DNA of 64,000 nucleotides. Origin: the human T2T-CHM13v2.0 reference genome, Homo sapiens. The translations under genes were made by a program, and so were the position numbers. This document shows, piece by piece, positions 53,553-64,000 of this stretch (the first letter of the stretch is position 1; the number at the start of each line of letters is the position of its first letter). The notes below the pieces were generated by a model. The model did no database searches and had not been told where the DNA came from. It worked only from the letters and a program-made list of their open reading frames with translations. Location of the stretch: assembly GCF_009914755.1 (NCBI RefSeq), contig NC_060928.1. One strand, written 5' to 3'.

Positions 53553-55622
53553 CTATATTCCTCAAAAATGAGCAAAGGATTTATTACGGTCCAATATAGA
53601 TAGCCAGCAGATCCATATTATTATGTTTCTGAAAGCTGATATACAATGTAGGAAATGAAGACAGGGTCAAGTATTTTAAGTAAATGGAGGGAAAAGGCTT
53701 GACTTTCTGAAAAAGGCAGGATTAAACAGAGAATTAAATTCTCTCTTTTATTTTACTATGATAATTGATATATACACAACCTCAAAACTGCATATTATCA
53801 TTGCTGCATAGATTTCTCAACATTCAGTAATCATTTATACTTGTCTGACTACCTGAGTCCATTAAAGCCACTGAATTTAAGTCGGAGGACCTTAGTCAAG
53901 GGAATTGTTTTATCTTTTACTTTTATCATTATCATTAAAAGCATCTACTAAAGATATAAAATTACATAATCTGTTAAGAATCTATTGATTAATCAGGTGA
54001 CATGTAATGGAAAAGCTCAGATAAAAATACATTTGGTGATTTGGACGAACCACAAAATATTATAACTGTGAGTCTCATCTTCTTGACTTCACATGCTTAG
54101 AATGGAACCCAATTTATCTGATGACTTCCTCTAATGTGGTTGAAAAACATTGAAGACTGGCATTCCTTTGTTTAGTAATATGTGGAAGTTGGTTATGTAA
54201 TAAATTCTTGTTTGATTAGTGAATATAAGCTGATATAAAGCAGAAGTAACAGCATGTGGCAAATTGTTCATGTAATATAAAAGGCATCTAGAAATAACCC
54301 TTGAACTTTTTGGGATATTTCTAAAGTTACATGAAATCACAATGTGACAACAAAATAACATTACCTCCATTCCGAACACTCCTATTACCAAAATATTTCC
54401 AAAGCTACTACTAGTTTATGGCAAGAAAAATACAAAATGCCTAGGAATAAACATAATAAGAAACACCCAAGACCTCTAATAATCAGAAGAAAGAAAGAAA
54501 GGAGAAAAACTAACATTTAGTGCCAGATATTATGCTAAGCACTTTACATGCGTTACCTCTTTTGAAGCTTAATGCAATTATTTGTGGGAGATACTATTAT
54601 TATCTCCATTATGATATTGGCAAACTGACTTATAAAGACTTTGAGTTATATGTATTAGTACAAACTCTGGTTTTAAAAAATTATTGAAAATATTGAAAGA
54701 CAGTCTGGGAAATCATTTTCAATGTACCTAAAAAATACAGGATTAGAATTTATAATATGGAAAAATTGAAAACAAAGAAAAAAGAAGAAGGAAATAAGAA
54801 AGAAAACAGAAAAGGAAGAAAGGAGAAAGGAAGGAAGGAAGGCAAGCAGGAGTAAGGAAAGAAGGAATCTGGATAGGTAAATCTAACATGAAAATACTCG
54901 TGAGAACTACGGGACAAAACATTTAAAATTAGAAACATCACAATCATGGTCACCAATTACAACTGATACAGTCTGGCTTTTATCAGATTCATTTATTTAT
55001 ACATCAATTTCTACAACTTCATAGTGAACTCTTTGAAGGCAAGATTCATGTCTTTCCATATCAATCAAAGCTTTTAGCACATTGTAAACTTTCAGTAAAC
55101 ATCTGTTAAATTAATTTGGAATTTAGACCCTCATTGTCATCTCAAATAGAAGTCTTAGGGTTCTATTTATTTCTTTTGAGGTTTTGGTTTTGAAGTATAA
55201 TTAATCTTTGTAAAGCTTCTTTTTTTTGCAGTTTATCATCATGAATTTGCCTGTAGTCTGGACTATTTTCTATTCAGAGGGACTCTTTCAAGGAATAGGC
55301 CCAAACTTTTTCTTCATATGTGTTCAAAATTTTTCTATGTACACCCACCATAGAATAACTGCATATTTCTATTCCTTCTAAAAATACCCTGCTTAAAGTT
55401 TCACAATCAGTATATTAGGGAATAATTACTGTAATAGATTATAAACTTTAAAAAATAAATTTTTAAAAAATTAGTATCCATATAATGTCAGCATCCCATT
55501 TTGCCTAATGGTAACATAGCAAAATTAGCAGACCTCTTTAGAGTTTGTTGTATATTCTGTATATTGTTAACAGGTCTCTGCTGGAAGAGGAGTCACAGAG
55601 TTGCAAAGTAAATGAGCAGTGA

Positions 55623-56033
55623 TGTTATGGGTTGAATTGCATCCTCCGCCAAACTCATGTGTTGAAATTCCGATCCCCAGTTCTTCCGGATGTGATCTTA
55701 TTTGGAAATAGGGTCATTGCAAATATAATTATTTAAGCTAAGGTCATTAGGGTGAGTCCCTGTCTAGTATGATTGGTGTCCTTATAAAAAAAGGGAAATT
55801 TGGGCAAAGACGCAAGTCCCGGGAGAGTGCCATGCGTACGTGAAGATAGCCATCTACAAGCCAAAGAAAGAAGCCTGGAACAGATCTTCTCTCACAGCTA
55901 TCAGAAGGAGACAACCCTTACAACACCTTCATTTCAGACTTCTAGCCTCCAGAACTGAAAGACAGTAAATACCTGCTGTTTATGCCACCCAGGTTGTGGT
56001 ACTTTGTTACAGGAGCCCTAGCAAACTAATGCA
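55623..56033 (+). mobile_element. MLT1 (MLT1B-like) MaLR solo LTR
   Basis: TGTTATGGGTTGAATTG..ATTTGGAAATAGGGTCATTGCA..GACTTCTAGCCTCCAGAACTG..GCAAACTAATGCA. Confidence 0.85.
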
Positions 56034-56094
56034 AGTGGCTAAAAAAATTAATAAAGTACTAAGTATATTAGATCTGGCCTCTGGGAATACAGCA

Positions 56095-56205
56095 ATCCCT
56101 GGATCATTTGCATCAGAATCACCTGGGAGGCTTTCTAAAAATGCATCAGAACCATTAGGGCTGGAGCCTGGAATCTGAATTTTATAAAGCATTTTAGATG
56201 ATTTA
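56095..56205. mobile_element. MER5A fragment
   Basis: TGCATCAGAATCACCTGGGAGGCTTTCTAAAAATGCA..GGAATCTGAATTTT. Confidence 0.65.
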
Positions 56206-57929
56206 TTCCTTCTGCAAATATTTATTGAGGGTCTACTTTGTTCTAGGCATGCTCTACATGGTAGGGACAGGTGTGGAACAAGACAGACATATTCTGTTTA
56301 CAGTTAGTGGAGATTTTTGTGTACTAAATTAACTTGGGAAGGGAGACAGACAGGAAAGAAATACTTTGAATTTGTTTCAATTGCAAGTGTGATAGAAATT
56401 ATGTTAGCATTATAAAGGTGATCATTTTGCCCATTTTGGGGTGGAGGTGGGAAGTAAGGGTAAAAAGGAAAGACCAGACAAGATGTCTTGCATGTGATGA
56501 TGCAGTCACCAGATTCTTAAAAAATACATAGGAATTAACAAGGTAATTAATGTAATCAAGCATGATTGAGATTGTACAGCATTGAGATTTTATTTCTAAA
56601 CAAGTACAGCTATTGATCTTTGATCACTCTTATCTCTGAAAGATTATCAAATTTAGAGCCAGACCTGATATTCACCAAGTACGCTATGAATATGGTCATA
56701 CTGATTGTCAGATATCAAAATGTTTTCATACAAATTATTAAATAGCTACTGCTCTTAACTCCTTGAGAGCCATCCTAAACTTACCCTTAGATATGTATTG
56801 GCTGATGTGTAGATCATACTTGTTATTAAATATTTTTGAGCCCCAGTGACTTAATGAATAAGGTATTTGCCTCCTTAAATATTTTTGAAATACAGTATTG
56901 CTACAATAAATGTGCATGCTAAATAAACTATTTGGCACAAACAATCCTTTCTTGAGTTATATATCGTAACACAGAATTATTTTCTTTCTAGGTTAGTACT
57001 TAATGAAGTAAATGGTTTAACTTTCATAGTATTTCTTTTGTTCCTGTTTTTCTGTATTGTAACATTAACATGTTCCCTTTTGGTCTCCACCAGACATTTC
57101 CCATACTTTAAACCACAATCTCATTCAGAGAACGTGAGTTAAATCACCTAAGGATAATAGATTTGTAAGTGCCATGCCACTTAAAAGTCCATGTGTTCAG
57201 CCACTGGGAAGTTTTTACACATTTATTTATGAAAGGATGCTCATACCTTAAACTGTGAGAGAAATTGCACTTTTGAATTACTGCCAAAAACAGAAGAGAG
57301 TGGTTGATTTAGCTTAAAATCTTTAAGTCGATTTTGGCCAGAAAATAGTTGAATATTTGAAAGTAGTGTTGCTTGCTGAATAGTCATCACGTTAGTGGCC
57401 AAACATGTTCTCTATGGACCCAGAGAAAGAATCATTACAGTTGATTGATACCTCACATAAAAATCCAAAAGCAAGATAAGTTAATGTAAGTTATCTGGTG
57501 TTAATAATTTAAATATAGTACTAAGCTAGATGAAAATTTTATGATCAATCATGAATTGTTTGGTTTGAGTGCTAATGGGTATGAGTCCATTTAGTCCTTT
57601 TGGGACTACTGGTTAGGATATAAACTTTGTTATCCAGGAATTATGTTCATTTTCCCAGGACCTCACCAGCCCTGCCCCATTTGTTTGTGGTTGATGAAAT
57701 CATAGCATCTGGACTTTTTAGGGTGAAACAAACAAACAAAAAGCCAACTATTACATCAACTGAGAAAAAAATTATCACGGAACAGGAGGACAATGAGGAC
57801 CATTTTTTTATACTTTATGCTATTCCCTTACTCTCACCCCAATTAAAACATTACATTTTCCTTTTCAGAGAGCCAAAGCTGAATGATAATTTCTCATTAG
57901 GCCAGATCCAGAGAATATTCAACCTCAGA

Positions 57930-58770
57930 GATCATCTTATAAACTGCCTCATTTTACAGATGAGGTATTGAGGACTTACGGTGTTAAATGACTTGGCCAA
58001 AGTCATATGGCTGATTATTGACAGGCTTGGACCTGGAACCAAGGTCCCCCATCTTTCCCACTAAATTGGGGCTCTTCAATTTAACCATACTAAGCCAGTG
58101 AAGATTTTTCCAGATTTTTTTTCTAAATTAATAAAAAAGTTACTTCTTATGTTTATAAATCAGGGCCACGTAAATTTGATTTTACTCTTATTTTCTTCAT
58201 AAGTCTACCAGGATAAACCTAAAAAACACTATTTCCTAATTTTAGGATAAGACAAATACTAACAATGAAATAATAATGGCCAGAGCTATTTGCTGTGCAC
58301 TTGCCACGTGCCTGTGCCTAAGCTATATCATTTACCGTTGAAAGGGCATTAATCCCACAAGTAACCCAATGAAGCAGACACTACTGTCTTTCTCAATTTA
58401 CCAATGAAGTTTACAGAAGTTACTTGCCCGAGATCACAAAGCAAATAAGTAGCTAAGACTTGAATACTTTAGAACCCATCTCGTAATCTCTATGCTATCT
58501 TGCCCATATCCAGTAGTTCATTTGAATGAGTACTCATTCACAATCTCAGTAGTGATCATAACAATAAAAACAACAATACTAGTAATACTTTACCATTTTC
58601 TGTGACCTACTGTAAGTAGGCACAATGCTGAGCATGATGTATTTATTAAATATAATGCTCAGAACTCTTAACATACATAAAATTATCTCCACATTACAAG
58701 TAAGGAATTGAAACCAAGAAAGTTTTAGTAACATTTATAGTCATACACCTATGAAGTAATTAGGCTTGTT
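57930..58770. mobile_element. Cluster of MIR fragments
   Basis: CCTCATTTTACAGATGAGG..GTTAAATGACTTGGCCAAAGTCA and two further degenerate cores. Confidence 0.65.
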
Positions 58771-60848
58771 TTTTTAACTAAATTCTAACAACTAAGCCCA
58801 CAATCTTCATTTAGTATTTTCAGGCTCTGAATTAGCTTTTCCGAGCTTTTTGTAAACACATTCGTCTGCAACATCAACAGCTCGGTTGTTGATGATGAAA
58901 TAAAAGTACATGCTTGAAACTTGCTTGTACGCAGTAATAATACAGAATACCATAATGGGGGGGGGGGGGGCGGAAATGGACCATAGGCAATACCTAGGTA
59001 CAATTCCTACTGCAGCTTGGCTGTATGCCAGCTCTTTCCTTGAGGTGACTATATTATATCTTCTCTGATTCATTATTTGTGGGTTTATAAACATTCAAAT
59101 GAGATTCCAGATAATATTTGAATAAATTCTTCCTTCTATTTCTTGATTTTGGGGACATGACTCACTGATATCTCTTTCATTTTACTGTAAATTAATAAAG
59201 GCCTAACAAAAAGAAAAAGGGATCATTTGGGGAAAATGTTTCCATCGTCACAGCCAGTAGAATATAACTCCTCTGCAAAATATTAGAGTACAAATTGGGG
59301 AAGATATTTAAAGAGACAACCGGGAGGCATGGGAAAGAAGAAGCTACTTCTCTGACTCTGGCTTGGTAGGCTCCTTCTACAGTACTAGTCAGTGCCCCTG
59401 AAAAGGGGTAAAAGAAAGAAGGCAGATACTCCATACTCCATTTTGCATCAGCCAGGAAGAAAAAGAAATCCATAGTGTGCCTGAAACCTGAGGACCTAAC
59501 AGCTTCTTGCTCCTTCCTAACAGCTGCTGGTCCTGTTGAATATTCAGACACTCTGCAACAGCTTCCAATCTGTGAGCACATACAGATGGCTGCCACCAGT
59601 ATCTGAGGCACCTTCAGGAAGATCACAAACAGCCAGCCTGTGCTTAAGTGACCATCAACCAAAGACCGTAGCAGAACCCTGGAATAGGTCTGCAGTGCTC
59701 CCAGGGATCATAGGCCACTCAAGATTATTAAACCTTGGCTGCTGATTTTCTTGGGAGACGGAAGTTATTTATTTCAGAAAGAAATATTTGGGATCTGAGC
59801 TTTGCCCTAGCTCATCTCCTTGCTGCCTTCAGTTCCTGAATTGCATACTGATTTGGAAGGCATCTGTAAGAGAAGACTATATGCCAAATATTGTTTTAAA
59901 CGACCAAAGACATGTATGAATTGAGTTCACATATATAAAAAAGACTCACAGATGACATTATTGTCCCATATGCTAAAACTATTAAAACCTATTTTCAAAA
60001 TGTATGATATTTAAAATAACCTTTTGGGCTCAGCATAGGTTCATGGTAGGGAAATATTGAGACGTATGGAAAGAGTCAGGGTAGCTTTTGAAAAAGAGTT
60101 GTTTATGTGTTTACTGCATTTACTGAATTATATCCATCTATAGCCTCATCTAAATGTTTACTTAATAATAGCTTTAAATGAATTTTTAAGAACTGTCTAA
60201 AGATTATACTGGTGTCATGGATGCAGGCTTCCCACCACTTGATTTCTACCAGAAACATTGCTTGAAATACAGGCTTTCATAATTTGGAGGAGGCTTGTGG
60301 GCTTTCTTAGATCCCATACTGTTTCTTAATTGCAATCATCTTCTATTCTTCCTTACTTTTGTATAGCAGGTCCTTGGTTTTTCAGGAGTTACATGATGAG
60401 CATTTTTTATGCTCCTGTCACCCTGATTTTTCTGCTAGTTTCTTGTGATTATACATATGGCTGGGTTTTTTTTTTTCATTTTTAGAAACATGCACAGTTA
60501 CTGAAAAACAATGCGTGTATCTGTCACGTAGAAGTATCTTTTCTAGTTAAAGGAAAAAATCTTCATTAAAACCAAGTAACTATCTTTCTGGGCTGTAACA
60601 GGGCCTATGTCAGTATGAGCTGAGACTGAACCAAAAGAAGGGTAGCATTTTTACAAGTTCTTCTTGAACAGAAAAGATCTGTTCACCATTCAGTATAAAG
60701 TTTAACTGTGGAGCTTCTAATAGACCTGGTGTCTCTGAGCTCAGTGACTCATTGAGGCTCTTGAGTAATACTAGTGAAGTCCAGCAGCTAAATTTAGATT
60801 GACTCAGACTGAAGAATCAACAGATTGAATAGAATAGAGCAGCTCAAT

Positions 60849-60980
60849 GAATAGTTTCCAGGAATTGTTAGGAATAGTTTCCAGGAATTGTTAGTAATAG
60901 TCTATACAGGGCTGTGTGGACTATTGTTAGTAATAGTCTACACAGGGCTGTGTGGACTATTGTTAGTAATAGTCCACACA
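60849..60980. repeat. Compound tandem/inverted repeat: 2x23 bp then about 2.4x36 bp
   Basis: GAATAGTTTCCAGGAATTGTTAG x2 (60849, 60872); TAATAGTCTA(T/C)ACAGGGCTGTGTGGACTATTGTTAG x2 (60895, 60931) plus a partial copy; followed by a (CA)n tract to about 61032. Confidence 0.95.
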
Positions 60981-61609
60981 TCATATGCACACACACACAT
61001 GTACACACACGTACACACACACACACACACACAAACTCCCAACTCCCTCCATCTCCTAGCTGTGGTCATGTCCAGGCCTCTTATCCAGCTCCTCTCCTTA
61101 TTCACAGTTGAAGACTGTGAATAAGCCTCCAACTTAGTGACCTATAATGAATGAACAAGCAAACAAATTGGAATAGACCACCAGGGAAAGGTGGCATGTG
61201 TTATTTATGCTCAACCTGAGGTCCCTATGGTCTTCTTTTGGCTAGAATGGAGCAGTCACTTATGCTACAACTGATAAGGCAAGCAAAGAATCTGAAGTTC
61301 TGAATTGTTTCCCTATGAATAATGCATAACTCTCCCTTGAATGCTCACTATGACTTAAGTCTTATGAAACCCCCTCTTTTTCATTATACTACTTTGGCAC
61401 TTAATGCATTGTCTTTTTCTGGTTTGCTTATCTAATTTTCCTCTTCTAGACTGTAAACTTTCTGAAGGAAGGGCTCATGTCTCATTTACCAGTAATTAAG
61501 CACTGTTTAGATGCTCAATAGAGTGTTCAATGACCAAGTCAGTGAATGAGCACCCATTTCCTGGTGAACTATAAGAGATTGTCCCTTTGATGCTGAATGG
61601 ATGCAAGTC

Positions 61610-61780
61610 AGTGTTTAAGTTCAACGGTTCTACGACCTGACTGTTTTTGAGAAATACATGGAAAATTATGAAAATACAGATATGCAGGCTCCACTCCTGA
61701 GATTCTGTTTCAGTACGTTTTGGATCAATCTTCTTTAACAAACAGCCCAGTTGATTCTGATGCAGACAGTCCAGGGACAA
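61610..61780. mobile_element. MER5A MITE
   Basis: AAATACAGATATGCAGGCTCCACTCCTGAGATTCTGTTTCAGTA..TTTAACAAACAGCCCAGTTGATTCTGATGCAG. Confidence 0.7.
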
Positions 61781-62018
61781 CATGTTACAAACTTATTTGG
61801 GTTTTTTGTTCTAGGAGTTTGAGGCTTGGTTAACCTCTGAAGTTTAATATCTCAATTTTTTTTTCCTACAAACCAGTTGTAAAATGACTGATTGGGTTCC
61901 TCTGAAGGAGGTCATAAAAATGACTTGGGAAAATCAAATAATTTTTACTGACAATTCCTAGGTGACCAACACTTAGTTGTATAAATTATTATGTACTATA
62001 TTATTATATACTAATAGT

Positions 62019-62052
<34 letters not shown>

Positions 62053-62059
62053 ACTATTA

Positions 62060-62542
<483 letters not shown>

Positions 62543-63783
62543 TTAGGCTTCTACATTCCCCCAATGTAAGTTTTCTTACCTGGCCTGGTTGCACTCCAAG
62601 TACGATTTTAGATTTGTTTTCCCTTCATTCGTAGTGACTAAAGCATGGAGGAGGACTGCTCCACTAAAGTGGAGATCCCCCAGTGACAGAAGGGAATGTG
62701 GAATAATTGTAGTTTACAATGAGAAGGGAGAGAGAAGTCAAATACAGATAAGGAAGGATTTAGGAAACAGAAAAAATCCCAAATTACATGAAGATCATAA
62801 AAACCATGTTTAAGAGAAATATGTTAACTCATCAATGTGGTAGGTGAGTTGGTTTAGGAAAAGGTGTTGAAGTTCCTGAGCTCAGGGGCAAAGCTAGCAG
62901 TAGTATTTAAAAGTTATTCACTATTGGAGAAGTAAGAATAGAACAGTAGAAGAAACAACCCTTCTTGCTTTCTAACAACATCCCCCATCTTCCCACTTCC
63001 CGACCCACTGCCTGAATACACAAGTGGTATCTGCAAAAAATCATCCTTCCTGATTTCCTGAATGCTTCTTTCCTATGAAATATGAATAATGTTAAAGAAG
63101 ACTTCTGTTTCTGCTTACCAAATTTTTTTTTTTACAACCAGGGAACATTGGTGAAAATACAAACTACTTGTAATTTCTGTTATAAAATAATTAATAAATC
63201 ATCTCTATGTTCCATTAGTGTAAGTGTTGGCTCTTTAATAAAGAAAGTAAAGCCTAACATATTGGGCAGCTCAGTTAGAAGGGGGGAGAATCTTGGGAGA
63301 ATCTATTCCATGTACAATACCTGTACAGTGGCCGATCCTTTGTACACTGCATGATCCCCCATAGCATTTTAAGGTCATTAATCATTTTCACTAGATTTAT
63401 AAGCAGAGTTACTTGCCAATTGCTAAAACTGCCCACGCTACCAATTCAGAAATAAAGACATTTTAATATTGCATATTTATTATTTTTGCCTAGATCTTGT
63501 AACTTTATTACACAGTTTTAAGTACCGCAGGTCCTTCTTGTCCTTTAATGCCCCTCACTCCATTATACCCACACGCTAACGTGAACACCTTGAAGGAGCT
63601 TCATACCTCCATAAAAAGACACTCATTTTGCGGGTCCCTCCAGTTCACACCAGCTCTCCCAGCTCATTCAGTGGTGTCAACTGCAGTGAGATGCAGTCAA
63701 TTTCTTTTTACTCCTAAATCAGGGTGTAATGTTTTTAGAAAATTAATTATTCAATCCCAATCCATTTGCTATATTTCGCTTAC

Positions 63784-63915
63784 CTTTTCCAGTCTTGAAA
63801 ATGCTTTCTCCACAAAGACGTCTCTCGCCCTGGCACAGTTGTTCTTTCATATGAACTTTCACCTTCTGATAGCGTTATTGTACCACTCTGGGACTGACAC
63901 CGTATGTATTTTATT
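63784..63915 (-). other. GIMD1: Candidate GIMD1 exon 1 (start approximate)
   Basis: Strong donor AAG|GTAAGC at 63784/63783; TATAAA on the - strand at 63942-63947; the downstream exon needs an upstream donor. Confidence 0.6.
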
Positions 63916-63995
63916 TAGTTAATTTATTGCCAGACAGCCTCTTTATAAATGATTAGTTGTCTTCCCCTAATCAGCACTGACTTTTTTATGACACT
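63850..63995 (-). promoter_or_regulatory. Candidate tissue-specific GIMD1 promoter
   Basis: TATAAA (63942-63947, -), DR1 TGAACTTTCACCT (63852-63864), TGATAG (63867), CDX-type TTTATTGC (63923) and TTTTATGAC (63984), HNF1-like GTTAAT half-site (63918). Confidence 0.5.
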
Positions 63996-64000
63996 TGACA

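Noticed and set aside
59420-59750. ORFs 59192-59662 and 59536-59745, and LTR-like composition
   Set aside because: No protein similarity or splice support. Possibly an old ERVL-type LTR, but I could not identify ends or a TSD.
60888-61132. Repetitive ORFs (LLVIVYTGLCG repeats; CRISPR-like appearance)
   Set aside because: Products of the 36-bp tandem repeat and CA tract. The units are contiguous with no unique spacers.

Overview
This is human (or great-ape) genomic DNA. The translated exons match the 4q24 TBCK-AIMP1-GIMD1 locus. The window holds: (i) the 5' end of TBCK on the - strand (first coding exon 3840-4061, candidate non-coding first exon(s) near 11.0-11.75 kb); (ii) the complete AIMP1/p43/pro-EMAP II gene on the + strand (312 aa from six coding exons, 20082-42764, plus an upstream exon giving N-terminal extensions), sharing a CpG-rich bidirectional promoter with TBCK; (iii) the complete GIMD1 coding sequence on the - strand (217 aa, two coding exons), convergent with AIMP1. 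The rest is intronic or intergenic and rich in Alu, L1, L2, MIR, LTR and DNA-transposon remnants, including a full-length SVA and a full-length THE1 provirus. I found no evidence of a wholly new biological system. The best leads are a splice-created AIMP1 AUG, an in-frame upstream AUG exon for GIMD1, apparent loss of the GIMAP arginine finger in GIMD1, a fold-back repeat with twin STAT sites, an SVA with an internal triplication, and an LTR carrying a perfect DUX4 site. Exon boundaries were read by hand and checked by frame arithmetic. Repeat subfamily names come from memory of consensus sequences, and boundaries without target-site duplications (TSDs) are approximate.
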